A stretch of 64,000 bases of DNA, taken from positions 27,342,001 to 27,406,000 of the forward strand of contig OX597839.1 in assembly GCA_951406725.2 (NCBI GenBank), read 5' to 3'. Below are positions 25,476 through 37,932 of this stretch, one piece after another (position 1 is the first letter of the stretch; each line of letters opens with the position of its first letter). The notes beneath the pieces are model-generated. The model worked only from the letters and a program-made list of their open reading frames with translations, did no database searches and was not told the origin of the DNA. This stretch comes from Octopus vulgaris. Its lineage: Eukaryota. The position numbers were made by a program, and so were the translations under genes.

Positions 25476-26399
25476 TTATTTATTTACTTTTCCTGAAATT
25501 TTCGTTGCGTCTTGCAACCTTTTCAATAGTCGTTGACTTTGTCCCTTATCCGAGCTGCGTTCTTCTCTGTTTTCTTTTTTTATGAATATTTAATAGTAAA
25601 AACAACAAAGTTATAGTTGTACACACACAGTTTCGCTTCAGGGCAACTAGTATTGAGAGTAAAAAAAATCTCAAGCAGTTCTCTATATCCATTTCCTCCT
25701 GTTCATGCAACTGTTTTAACCCTGTAAAATTGCAATTTTCTGTGTCGGCTCCGCCAGACTTAGAGCCGAGTGAACGAACTTTATCATTATTAGTTTTGCT
25801 ATCTGACTACCATAATTTAATTAGTTTCTAGTTGAAAATAGTATTAATCATTCTGCGAAAGAAACAAACAAAAACAACCAATCGAACAAAAACTACCCCT
25901 TATACATACGCCATCTTTTTTTTGGTGAGTAGTTCGGTCTTATCTGGAAACCACACAATATTAACTGAATGTGTCTGCTGCATTACGCGTTAAACTTCTT
26001 CTTCGTTTGTGTGTGTTGTACTTTCTCAGTCTACTTCGTTAATTAGAAACTAATCTTATGTCTATAAATGGTTAATTCCCTTGTTTCTTTAATTTTTCTT
26101 TATAAAATTGCTGGATATTGTTTTTTTTATTATTGTCATTTTTGTTTTTCTTCTATCATCAATATCAGCTTTGTACTTTTTTACCAAATCAATTTGCACA
26201 GCAAAATCTATGTAAAAACCATGTACCTTACGTAAGAACGTTTCTTTTTGCGGTTGGCTGTATGGCTAAAAAGGTAGCTTCTCGACTCCGTGGTTTCGAG
26301 ATCCGGGCTCTCATTGCGTGGCACTTTGGACTAGTGAATTCTGCGAGAGCGTTGAGCTGACAAATGAATTGTGAGTAAATTCGGTACACGGAATTTTTT

Positions 26400-26745
26400 A
26401 TGACAAAATATGAATATTGGAATTTACATACCACGGACAGGAAACATTTCTACCACTTCTACACACCACTTTCCTTCGATAAGGCAACTGCAACTAAAAC
26501 ATCTTTATATATATTCATTTTTATTTTTATTTCTACATTCATTCTCCTATATACTCCTTATTTGCTTTCTTTCCCCAAATAACTCATATTGAACTCTACT
26601 ATTTCCCTCTATTTAACCATCTCACATCGTCTCTGATGTAGGAATATCCATAATATCCCAGAAACAGCTGTAAAACTAACTTTCTCTTTGTAAATGTCTT
26701 GAAAGTTCCACACAGCCTTAGCTTTTTTGTCTCATTTTATTTAAC
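26400..26745 (+). mobile_element. Penelope-like terminal-repeat remnant; homologue at 45105-45433
   Basis: Shared ~340-bp sequence ttggaatttacat..ccaaataactc..gtctctgatg..gaaacagctgtaa..cacacagcctt..cattttatttaaca containing a hammerhead-like motif. Confidence 0.65.
26629..26676 (+). ncRNA. minimal hammerhead-like motif, degenerate core
   Basis: gtct CTGATGT aggaatat ccata atatccca GAAAC agct GTA aaac. Confidence 0.5.
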
Positions 26746-26974
26746 ACACACACACACACACACGCACACACGCACACACGCGCACACGCATACACACACA
26801 TACACTCAGACACACACATATAACTATTTGGACTTTGGGGTATATGTCTATTTGTATGTCAATTAAAGCACATTTGCTGTTTGTTGCTATCATACATGTA
26901 AGTAAGTACATAGCCACATGCCTACCTACACATATATCTACATACACATACACAGGCATACACGCATAGATGTA

Positions 26975-27510
26975 CACAGGCATACACGCATGCATACGCA
27001 CACACATATAGTTACATATACACACACACACACATCGATATATAGTTGCAAAAACACACACATTTACGTATATATAATTATACATACACACATATATGCA
27101 CACAGACATACACGCATGCATACGCACACACATATAGTTACATATATACACACACACGTACGCACATACATCGATATATAGTTGCAAAAACACACACATT
27201 TACGTATATATAATTATACATACACACATTACACACATACATGCACACAGACATACACGCATGCATACGCACACACATATAGTTACATATATACACACAC
27301 ACGTACACACATACATCGATATATAGTTGCAAAAACACACACATTTACGTATATATAATTATACATACACACATACATGCACACCCACATACACGCATGC
27401 ATACGCACACACATATAGTTACATATATACACACACACACGTACACACATACATCGATACATCGTTGAAAAGCACACACATTTACGTATAAATAATTATA
27501 CATATACACA
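26975..27510. repeat. composite minisatellite, ~130-150 bp unit, 4 copies
   Basis: catacacgcatgcatacgc..atagttacat..catcgatatatagttgcaaaaac..catttacgta recurs. Confidence 0.88.
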
Positions 27511-27982
27511 CCTATACATTTATAATACCTATAAACATATATACACTCACACCCACACACCTGCACGCACACACACACACACAACACACACAAACAACAC
27601 ACACAAACGCACACCTGTATGTTCTATACATTAGAATTAGCTTAATTTGTATCAATTAAATTGGCAACATTTAAAAAAGTGATTATGTAAGAAGTCAACC
27701 AGTTCAGAGTAACCGACGCTGTCCACTTCCGGTATAGAATAACACTTGGTAGTTGTTTCCGGCGTAGAGTAAATGCAGGAGATGACTTCCGGAATAGAGT
27801 TACACTTGGTGAATGCTGTAAAAAAGGAAAAAACTACCCAGGGTAGACAGAGAACTCAGGGGTCTCCTCTGCGCGAAAAACTAGTAAAGTGAGCGCAACA
27901 TATTTAAATTAGCTTGAGGTCTTATATATACTGAAAACAGAAACGTATAAACAGTTTGCATAATCCATTATAAGCTGTATAA

Positions 27983-28378
27983 TCTTTATATATAAAAGAG
28001 AAGTTGTGTGTCTGTTTCCTACGATTTAGATTCCTAACTACTCCCACATTTTGCGGTGCAGCTTAACCAAAACCGGGTATCTTATAGTCGTCATTCATAT
28101 CGAGCCCTTCTGGGTATTAGCGCGCGTCTACGATGAGTCTACGATTTAAAAAAAAATTACCATCATTTTTTCCCATTTTAATGCATTTTTTTGCTATTAT
28201 ATAAGAGAAGTAACTCTTTAAAAATGTCTACGATGAGTCAACGATTTAAAAAAAAATTACCATCATTTTTTTTCCGTTTTTAATGCATTTATTTGCTATT
28301 TTTTTGCTATAACTCTCTAAAAATGCTTATATAGTTATTTCCCTTACAAACCCGAGCAACGCCGGGCGATACTGCTAG
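27983..28378 (+). mobile_element. non-autonomous Helitron
   Basis: A|TC ... cccgagcaacgccggg..CTAG|T; closely similar to 7548-7943. Confidence 0.9.
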
Positions 28379-28554
28379 TCCTTTATAATCCGTTTATAAA
28401 CCAAATGGAAAACTTAGGTATTAATAAATAACCCTGTTTTGTGCCTTTCCTTATCCGAGCAAACGTTAGAGCAACTCTTAAGGGTTTGGGTGGATAGGGA
28501 TTTCTGTCTTTTTCTATTTCGTCAGTCATTTATTAATATTAGTTTCAAATTGAA

Positions 28555-28740
28555 GGCGGCGCATGGTAGAATACTTTGCCACTGGGCAAAATGCTTAGCA
28601 GCATTTTGCTGGTCTTTTCGTTCTGAGTTCAATTTCCGCCGAGGTCGACCTTGCCTTTTATCCTTTTGGGATTGATGAAATGAGTACCAGTTATGCACTG
28701 AGGTCGATGTTGTAATCGACTTGTGCCAAAATTAGTAACC
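28555..28740 (+). mobile_element. SINE family B, degenerate
   Basis: ggcggcgcatggtagaat..gagttcaatttccgccgaggtcgacc. Confidence 0.78.
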
Positions 28741-29179
28741 AGTGTCACGCTCTGTGTCGATCTTCTGGTTTGTGTAAGAACCCAGAGAGGAGAACGTCGG
28801 ACAATTCTCACCTAATTCTACCAATTGGTTATTTGTACTGCTTTGGCAAAATAGAATCAGAACACACACACACACAAGTGATTTTTTGCCTTCTCTATGG
28901 CCTTGTTACATTATTTGAAATGCTAGAAAAGCCGATGCGTAATTAATGAAGGCAAACATCTTATGCAGGGATGGAAGAAAGCCATATACTTGCTTATTCA
29001 AAACCGAAGTTTAATCTGTACAGAGAAAACCTGATGTGATGAGGTACAATGAATATATATTTTGGATTCAGCTCAAAAAATTGAATCAGAAACATATATT
29101 TGATCAACGGAAGCATTTAGGCTTCAAACTTCTGTAAAACCTACGTAATGTGTGCCTTGTATGTGATTATATGACCTTC

Positions 29180-29561
29180 TAATTTCCTCCGGAGAGAATT
29201 GGTTACGGTACAAACATTGTTCTCTGGTGTTAGCGGAATCTTCCGGGACAATAATGCACCAATTCATGTGTCTAGTGTTATTCAAACGTGATACGAAGAG
29301 CACGAAAGTGAAGGAGACGATATGGATTGCAATTCGCGTACCTCAGAAGAAGATCTCATTATAATCGAACATTTTTTGTGCATTTTGAGGCAACAAGTGA
29401 GGAACCGCTAACATCCGCTATGGATGCTGAAAGAACAAATGAAGGTTTTATATGAACACTGGCTCAACATTCCGCTAACAACCATTCATAACCTGAACGA
29501 GTCAAGTTGTCGACGTATTAAAGCCGTGGTTGATGCCAGAATTGGATCAAGTCCATGGTAA
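29180..29561 (+). pseudogene. Tc1-family transposase C-terminal relic
   Basis: From 29235: GIFRDNNAPIH...*YEEHESE...DLIIIEH...EHWLNIP...RRIKAVVDAR, corresponding to FQDDNAPIH / DLNIIEH / RRIxAVI; in-frame stops. Confidence 0.85.
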
Positions 29562-29590
29562 TGCTTTCTGTTATGAGTACAAGGCCTAAG

Positions 29591-30428
29591 ACGGTGAGCT
29601 GGCAGAATCGTTTGCACGCCGTGGTATTCGTCTGTCTTTATGTTCTGAGTTCAAATTCCGCCGAGGTCGACTTTGCCTTTCATTCTTTCGAGGTCGATAA
29701 ATTAAGTACCAGTGAAACACTGGGGTCGATGTAATCGACCAGTCCCCTTCCCACAAAATTTCAGGCCTTGTGCCTATAGTAGAAAAGAATCGTTTGCACG
29801 CCGGGCAAAATGCTTAGCGGTATTTTGTCAGTCTATACGTTCTGAGTTCAAATCCTGCTGTGGTCGACTTTGACTTTCATCTTTTCGGTGTCGCTGAATT
29901 AAGTACTACTCAAATACTGGAGTCGATGTAATCGACTGGCCCCTTCCCACCAAATTCCAGGCCTTGTACCTTTATTAGAAAGGATTATAAGTATAAGGCC
30001 TGAAATTCTATGGGGGGAGTCTTGTCGATTACATCGACCCTTGTACGCAACAGGTACATAATTTATCGATTCCAAAAAGATGACAGGCAAAGTGAGCCCC
30101 GGCAGAATTTGAACCCAGAACATAAAGACGGACAAAGTGGCACGGAGTGTTTTGTCCGATATGCAAATGGTTCTTCCAGCTCGCCGCCTTAAACACATAT
30201 TAAATAATGACTTCAAATTTTTGCCCCAAGGGCAACTTGGGCGGGGGGGGGGGGAGGGTTAAGTCCATTACATCGACCCCAGTGCGTAACTGGTACTTAT
30301 TTAATCGACACTGAAAGGATGAAAGATAAAGTCCACCTCGCAGGAATTTGAACTCAGAACGTAACAGCAGACGAAATACGGCTACGCATTTCGCTCGGCG
30401 TGCTAACGATTCTGCCCGCTCGCTGCCT

Positions 30429-30464
<36 letters not shown>

Positions 30465-30835
30465 GTTTCAAATTTTGCCACAAGGGCAGCCATTTTGGGG
30501 GAGGGGACTAATCGATTACATCGACTCCTCGGTATTTCACTGGTACTTTATTTATCGACCCCGAAAGGATGAAAGGCAAAGTAATGATAATTCTTTCTAC
30601 AATAGGCACAAGGCCTGACATTTTGGTGGAGGGGGAGCTAGTCGATTATATCGATCCCAATGTCCAACTGAGATCGATAAAATAATATCCTTTCGTATCG
30701 ATGAAATAATATCGATCCCGAAAGGATGAAAGGCAAAGTCGACCTCGGCGAAATTTGAACTCAGAATGTAGCGACAGATGAAATACCGCTAAGCATTTCG
30801 CCCCGCATGCTAACGATTCTACCAGCTCACCGCCT
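29591..30835. mobile_element. cluster of six SINE family B units in both orientations
   Basis: Plus strand 29591-29985 (nested dimer); minus strand 29993-30189, 30210-30429, 30463-30581, 30591-30835. Confidence 0.88.
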
Positions 30836-30894
30836 TCTCCTCCATATTAGATAATGGCCTACCATGAGGAGGAGACAATGTAATCGACCTCTGT

Positions 30895-31328
30895 TTCTCT
30901 TTTACTCTTTTACTTGTTTCAGTCATTTGACTGCGGCCATGCTGCAGCACCGCCTTTAGTCGAGCAAATCGACCCCCAGGACTTATTCTTTGGAAACCTA
31001 GTACTTATTCTATCGGTTTTTTTTGCCGAACCGCGAAGTTATGGGGACGTAAACACACCACCATCGGTTGTCAAGCGATGTTGGGGGTGGGGGGACAAAC
31101 GCATACACGAAAACATATGCACACACACAAACATATACACAAACATATACACACACACACACATATATACGACGGGCTTCTTTCAGTTTCCGTCTACCAA
31201 ATCCACTCACAAGGCTTTGGTCTACCCGAGGCTATAGTAGAAGACTCTTGCCCAAGGTACCACGCAGTGGGACTGAACCCGGAACCATGTGGTTCGTAAG
31301 CAAGCTTCTTACCACACTGCCACTCCAG
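30895..31328 (-). mobile_element. SINE family A, full length
   Basis: Tail, body, internal CA-rich repeat, head. Confidence 0.9.
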
Positions 31329-32174
31329 TGTATGTATGCCTGTATGTACACGGAGAGTGCGGGAGAATGAGAGAAAAGAGAGAAAAGAGAGAGTGTGTGT
31401 GTGGTAGAGGAAGAGGGAGAAAGAAAGAGAGAGAAATAATGAAACCGTTACCCACAGAGCCATGGAGAATGATTTCGCGTTTAGTTTTTAATGAGATTAA
31501 ACATTTTTCGTTGATTTGATATCGAGCAAACCGTTTCTTGTTCTACGCAAGGAAAGTAAGCAACGCAACGCAGAAAAAGTACCTTAATTATGATAATTAA
31601 ATATCATATTAGACATGCTAACCACTAGTTTCTGACAACCAACTGGAAGAAAGCCACTATCGGAACTCTTTATTTTTACCTTTTTCTCCCTCGAATTGTT
31701 AATAGCACTGTTCAGTAATAATCACTCGATGTTTTTACATTTTAAACATTTAATTCTTATTATTTCTTGTGATTTTCTTTTAAAAATTACACGTCTTAAT
31801 TTTATTATGCGTTCACACATACACACGCATCTATGTATTTACGTATATGTATAAACGTATATATATATGTGTGTGAGTGTGAGTGTGTGTGTGTGTGTGT
31901 ATTGATTTTATTATTTTGTGTAATTAAAGAAAATTAACGTTTTAGTATATTGTAAACGAGTTTCATTCCCCCCCCCGCCCACCCAACCCCCTCGTCTTTA
32001 TATAACAACTTGTCTGTGTGTCCACCTCTGCTGTAGTTTATAACACGTATCGAACAACTTCTTTTGAACATAGCTTTGGACCGTGGGGACAATTAAAGAA
32101 ATGATTCTAATTATCATAACAGCACCAACAACAACAACAACGACAATAATGATGATGATGATGATGATGATTTA

Positions 32175-32378
32175 TCCTTTCTGCTAAAGGCACAAGACCT
32201 GAAATTTTTTTGGGGGGAGAAGACTTGTCGATTACATCGACCCCAGTAGTACTCAACTGGTATTTAAGTATGAAAGGCAAAGTCGATCTCGATGGAATTT
32301 GAACTCAGAACGTAAAGACAGACGAAATGCTGCTAAGCATTTTGCCTGGCGTGCTAACGATTCTGCCAGCTCACCGCC
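32175..32378 (-). mobile_element. SINE family B
   Basis: gaaaggcaaagtcga..gaatttgaactcagaacg..gctaacgattctgccagctcaccgcc; TAA/GAT flanks. Confidence 0.85.
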
Positions 32379-32406
32379 TGAATAATAATAATAATAATAA
32401 TAGCAA

Positions 32407-32625
32407 CAACAAGAGCACTCATAGAGCGCAAATCTCCGCCAAGGTGACATCAACGTCCTCTCAAAGATTAGCCGGAGAGGATTTATTTAAATGAGAATAT
32501 CTGAAATAAACTCGACTGCTCTCACAAATGAGAATACTAAAAATGAACCTGACCGCTCTCAAAAATTAAGGTAAAAAGCCGGAAAAATAATCCAAAATCC
32601 TTGTCCGGTATCTGATCGACTCCAA
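32407..32625. mobile_element. possible Helentron/HINE-like terminus
   Basis: acaagagcactcatagagcgcaaatctccgccaagg reads as a short hairpin plus a subTIR-like motif; recognised from memory only, partner end not found. Confidence 0.3.
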
Positions 32626-32699
32626 TGGTAGTGACTCCATGGAATGTGAAGGTGGTTGTGCGGGCTGTGTTTGTAATGCTGTGTATGTGTCGTCTGCAG

Positions 32700-32885
32700 T
32701 GGGAACAGGGACAGTTTTCTCTATGAAGGCCTATTTTTTAGTCTATTCTCTGATATAGCGTCTTTACGACCATTAAGGTCTATAGGGAAACATTTATCCG
32801 TGCATGAAAGTAAATGGAATGGACCTGCATACGGTGCTGTTAACGGAGGTTTAACAACATCGTTGCGCACAGAAACGCCAGGTAA
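32700..32885 (-). pseudogene. Gypsy/Ty3 integrase C-terminal GPY/F-domain relic
   Basis: Minus-strand VSVRNDVVKPPLTAPYAGPFHLLSCTDKCFPIDLNGRKDAISENRLK matches V.VR.D..K.PL..PY.GPF.V...........G....VS.DRLK. Confidence 0.8.
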
Positions 32886-33064
32886 GAGGTTTTAAACAGG
32901 AGCAATATATTCAAAATTGGTAAAACTAAAACTTGGCGAGGATAAATCAAATTTGTTACTAAATATGTTAGTGTTATTTAACGTCCCAACGGTTTTGCTA
33001 CCGTGTGTCTATGTAGTTTGATTTCTTTATCCGCCAATTTCTTCTTCTTCTTCTTCTTCTTCTT

Positions 33065-33103
<39 letters not shown>

Positions 33104-33759
33104 GAGTGAGAGAGCAGTGCATGCCATCAAAGTGACACTGGAGTAAAATATACGAAGCCCAGAAATACCCATCATGACTACCCGTCTGATAAGGGTACAC
33201 CAGGCACATGCATCACAACCATATGTGCGCGACATGGTGATCTCATATCAAGATAAACAGCACATGACCTTGCAGGTAGAGCCCAGTTAGAATTTTCTTC
33301 TGGTCGAGTAGCCTATCCCGCTCAAAGGGTCCCTGAATAATGGTTGTTTAAGGATGTTGAACGAAACACCCATGTTTCCAGAGGTGAACTATTCAAACCC
33401 CAAAGAATCCCTCTCAAAAAATATTATTATTATTATTATTATTATTGAGTGAGAGAGCAGTGCATGCCATCAAAGTGACACTGGAGTAAAATATACGAAG
33501 CCCAATATACCCATCATGACTACCCGTCTGATAAGGGTACACCAGGCACATGCATCACAACCATATGTGCGCGATATGGTGATCTCATATCAAGATAAAC
33601 AGCACATGACCTTGCAGGTAGAGCCCAGTTAGAATTTTCTTCTGGTCGAGTAGCCTATCCCGCTCAAAAGGTCCCTGAATAAGGGTTGGTTAAGGATGTT
33701 GAACGAAACACCCATGTTTCCAGAGGTGAATTATTCAAACCCCAAAGAATCCCTCTCAA
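33104..33759 (-). mobile_element. two tandem family E copies (33104-33417, 33447-33759)
   Basis: Near-identical, same breakpoint gaatccctctcaaaaa, separated by (ATT)n. Confidence 0.9.
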
Positions 33760-33761
33760 AA

Positions 33762-33805
<44 letters not shown>

Positions 33806-33807
33806 CA

Positions 33808-34095
33808 TTCAGTAGTTTTATTTTTATAGCGTGCCTTCACTGCACTACTGAGCACAGCTCTGTGTGCCTTAGGTATGTGCTGTGATTTGTTGTGATGCTC
33901 TGATGGTTATTGTATGGAAAGTGTTCTGCGTAGGAAGTGTGCAGTGCCCAGTAGTGCAATTTTCTGTATGTTATACGTGTTTGTAAGTCCTGGTGTTTTT
34001 GTTATGTATTTGTCTGAATATTTTTTTATCATGCCTAATGCACCTACTATGATAGGAATTGTTTCTGTTTTCAGATTCCACATTCTGGTTACCTC

Positions 34096-34097
<2 letters not shown>
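33808..34097 (-). mobile_element. R4/Dong-type LINE 3' fragment
   Basis: EVTRMWNLKTETIPIIVGALGMIKK...IQKIALLGTAHFLRRTLSIQ*; TAA repeats on both sides. Confidence 0.9.
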
Positions 34098-34126
<29 letters not shown>

Positions 34127-34715
34127 GAGCAAATCTACAAAATAACAGAATCGAAGTTGCGTAGTCAATTGCAAACAAAACTGGATGTTTAATAACCACA
34201 AGATATTTGTCTTCCGCTCTTCAAATCATTATGTCTCTAATTGGCTTTATCGAAACATTACGTCATTCCAATATATCTCAGTAATTTCATAGATACTTGA
34301 TCGAATTTCTACTCCATAATTGTGTCCGTCACGCAATTTTTATTTAACTTCATTCGTTGCCACGCACCACTAACTTTTGTGTGTACAATTAGAAATGGCG
34401 TCCGATTACGAAAATCGCTTCCTTCTTCTGTGTCCGCCATATTTTTTTTTAATCTCCTCATCTCTCTCCCTCTCTTTCACTCACTACACACGCACACATG
34501 CACATACATGCATACATACATACAGATGTGTATATATATATATATATATATTTTATATATATATATATTTGAGTAGTTGAATGAATTATCTTATTAAGGA
34601 TAATTCGAAAGATAACCGATACCTGGGTAGCAAATTCACATCAGAAAGAACACGGTTGAAGCTACGTCCCTAGGGCATAGACTACGTGTCTTCGTGCGGA
34701 AATTTGTATGTTTAT

Positions 34716-34865
34716 TTTAAAATTATAAGTATGTGAAAGAATGGAGTTGAACGACTAGTTAACAAATATCCTTTATTCTCGACATATGTTTCGAAACATA
34801 TTTCGAGAATAAAGGATATTTGTTAACTAGTCGTTCAACTCCATTCTTTCATATACTTATAATTT

Positions 34866-34869
<4 letters not shown>
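34716..34869. repeat. 154-bp spacerless palindrome, 2 mismatches
   Basis: Centre tgtttc|gaaaca at 34792/34793. Confidence 0.95.
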
Positions 34870-34919
<50 letters not shown>

Positions 34920-34957
34920 TGCTAATCCTTGTATATATGTATATATACGTATATAAC

Positions 34958-34992
<35 letters not shown>

Positions 34993-35204
34993 CAATATGT
35001 ATGGTCTAGTGGTTAGTGTTTCATCCACGAACGCGAGCTCGTGGTTTCAATTCCTAGACCGGAGGGTGCGTTGTATTCTTGAGCAAGAGACTTCATCTCA
35101 CGTTGCCCTGCTAACCCTTCGTCATCTATGGTTAGAAAACAGACTTTTTACCATAGAATCACGCCTGCGTCTCTTAATCATATTTAATCACAAATATACA
35201 ATAA

Positions 35205-35552
35205 GGCGCATGGCTGAGTGGTTATAGCGTCGGGCTAACAATCACGAGGTTGTGAGTTCGATTCCCGGACCGGGCTGCGTGTTGTGTTCTTGAGCAGAAC
35301 ACTTTATTTCACGTTGCTCCAGTTCGCTCAGCTGTAGAAATAAGTTGTGACATCACAGGTGCCAAGCTGTATCGGCCCCTTTGCCTTTCCCTTGGATAAC
35401 ATCAGTGGTATGGAGAGAGGCGAGGCTGGTATGCATGGGTGGACTACTGGCCTTCCACAAAACAACCATACCTAGACTTATGCCTTGGAGGGGAACTTTC
35501 TAGGGTGCAACCCCATAGTTATTTGTAACCAAAGGGGGTATCTTTACCCTTC
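35205..35552 (+). mobile_element. SINE family D (tRNA head, CORE-like body)
   Basis: A box tggctgagtgg, B box gagttcgattcc, tgttcttgagc..actttatttcacgttgctccag; TSD acaataa(gg). A degenerate head fragment lies at ~34998-35110. Confidence 0.88.
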
Positions 35553-35825
35553 ACAATAAGGTTTCACTTTTGAAAATATCGAATGAGCGTGGGTATCCCC
35601 TAAAATAAAATTGGAAACAAAATGGTTCTTTGGTTAATAATAAAAAAAAGGGTCGAGAACGGCTGGTTTAAAAGCTGCTTTTGCTGTTGTTTCTAGCAGG
35701 GTTAGTAAAGGAGATCAGATATCGTCTGCTTCTATCAGTTGAACAGTATCAGGATTATCAGGGGATTAACTCGATTATAGCCGGTTCTCGAATGATTGAA
35801 TGTTTACTAGAAAATAATATGGTCG

Positions 35826-36128
35826 GTTGTTGTTGTTGTTGTTGTTTTCGTTGTTGATATTGTTGCTGTTGTACTTGCTGCTGCTGCTGTTGTGGATGTT
35901 GCTGCTGGTGTTATTGATGATGCCATTGTTTTCGTTGTTGTTGCTGCAGCAGCAGTTGTTGTTGTTGTTGTTGTTGTTGTTGTTGCTGTTGTTGTTGCTG
36001 TTGTTGTTGTTGGTGTTGTTGTTGTTGTTGCTGTTGATGACGCCGCCATTGTTGTCATTATTGTTCTGGTTGTTGTTGTTCTTCTTCTTCTACTTGCTGC
36101 TGCTGCTGTTGTTGTTGTTGTTGTTTTT
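35826..36128. repeat. (GTT/GCT)n mosaic
   Basis: Direct observation. Confidence 0.9.
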
Positions 36129-36229
36129 ATGGTATGGCGTTCAAGTCCAAAAACATTTGTGTATGTTGTGTATGTCAGCGTGTGTTTCGCTTGATTTTTA
36201 AGTGTAAGTCTATATGCGTGTGTGTGAGT

Positions 36230-36575
36230 GTACGTGTGTATATGTGTGTGTGTGTGTGTGAGTGTGTAAAAGTTTGTGTGAGTGCGTATGCGTGTGTATA
36301 TGTATGTGTGTATATGTGTATGTGTGTGAGCGTGTAAAAGTTTGTGTGCGTGCGTATGCGTGTGTATATGTATGTGTGTATATGTGTGTGTGTGTGTGTG
36401 AGCGTGTAAAAGTTTGTGTGCGTGCGTATGCGTGTGTATATGTATGTGTGTATGTGTGTATGTGTGTGTGAGTGTGTAAAAGTTTGTGTGCGTGCGTATG
36501 CGTGTGTATATGTATGCGTGTATATGTGTATGTGTGTGTGAGTGTGTAAAAGTTTGTGTGTGCGCGTATGAGTGT
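36230..36575. repeat. composite minisatellite, ~70-bp unit, 5 copies
   Basis: gtgtaaaagtttgtgtgcgtgcgtatgcgtgtgtata recurs. Confidence 0.88.
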
Positions 36576-37165
36576 GTACATGTATGTGTGAGTGTGTGTA
36601 ATTTTCTACGCATGTGTACACGAGTGTAAGTTTGTGAGCGTATGTGTGTGAAGGCATGTGTGTGTGAGTGAGTGTGTGTAAGTTTGTGTACACAAGTGTA
36701 AGTTTATGGTGAGTGTGTGTGTGTGTGTGAGTGTGTGTGAGTGGCTTGCTTTATCTTTCAGTTTATCAATGTGCGTGTTTATATGAGAGATCAGAAAAAT
36801 AGATTGTGTGGTGTGTGTGTGCGTGTATATCTGTGTGTTTGTGTATGTGTGTGACAGAGAGAGAGAGAGAGAGAGAGGGGGGAATAGAACCAGTGAGAGA
36901 GAAAGAGGGTGAAAGAGATTGCTCGATAGCGAGATACTAAGAAAGTTTCTAAAAGTATTAAACGAGACGAGATGAGAGATAAGGGTTGGGTGGGGGGGGG
37001 GAATTAAAGATAATCTGACCATTTAGACAATATGCACGTGAGCACACACACGCGCAGGCGCAATACATGATTCAAAATTGTACAAAAAAACAAACAAACA
37101 AAAGACAGGTCGGGGAACAACAACCAAGGTGTATTAGTTTGACACTGAGGGGAAAATGGAAGAGT

Positions 37166-37201
37166 CTTTGATGTTTCGAGTCCACGCTCTTCTACGGAAA
37201 G
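37166..37201 (-). ncRNA. minimal hammerhead-like motif, degenerate
   Basis: Reverse complement: cttt CCGTAGA a gag cgtgga ctc GAAAC ATC aaag. Confidence 0.4.
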
Positions 37202-37570
37202 GAACGTGGAGAGCAAACAGATGGAGGAAAGGGAGAGAAAAAAACGGAGAGAGAAAGGAAAACGTGTCTGGGTTAATAATTGAATATGTTGAAGTGGAGA
37301 GGAGGAGGGAAATGGTTGGAGGCAAGGGTGGCAAGGGAGACAACAATTACCTGGCTAAAGTGTGGGCGCAAGCATGTGTGTACGGGTGAGGGCGTATGTA
37401 TATATGTGTGTATATGTATAAAGGCATACGAGGTGCGTGTTTATAAGCGCGTATATATATTACAATTTTTCTGAATATTCAGATTTTTCTATATGCTAGG
37501 CTACTGGTTTGAAATCGATGTTAAATCAATATTCAATTTATCACCCTTATTATTTAAATTATATATATAT

Positions 37571-37932
37571 ATATAGGCGCAGGAGTGGCCATATAGGCGC
37601 AGGAGTGGCTATATAGGCGCAGGAGTGGCTATATAGGCGCAGGAGTGACTGTGTGGTAAGTAACTTGCTAACCAACCACATGGTTCCGGGTTCAGTCCCA
37701 CTGCGTGGCACCTTGGGCAAGTGTCTTCTACTATAGCCTCGGGCCGACCAAAGCCTTGTGAGTGGATTAGGTAGACGGAAACTGAAAGAAGCCCGTCTTA
37801 TATATGTATATATATATTATGTGCGTGTGTGTTTGTGTGTCTGTGTTTGTCCCCCTAGCATTGCTTGACAACCGATGCTGGTGTGTTTACGTCCCCGTCA
37901 CTTAGCGGTTCGGAAAAAGGGACCGATAGAAT
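37571..37932 (+). mobile_element. SINE family A, 3'-truncated, with 4 x 20-bp 5' repeat
   Basis: atataggcgcaggagtggc(t/c) occurs four times before the body. Confidence 0.9.

Noticed and set aside
25617-25647. Minus-strand CTGAAGC GAAAC motif as a hammerhead
   Set aside because: No stem II and an altered core.
34392-34445. Paired YY1-like motifs (aaatggcg, ccgccat) as a promoter or start codon
   Set aside because: Short motifs expected by chance; no downstream exon support.
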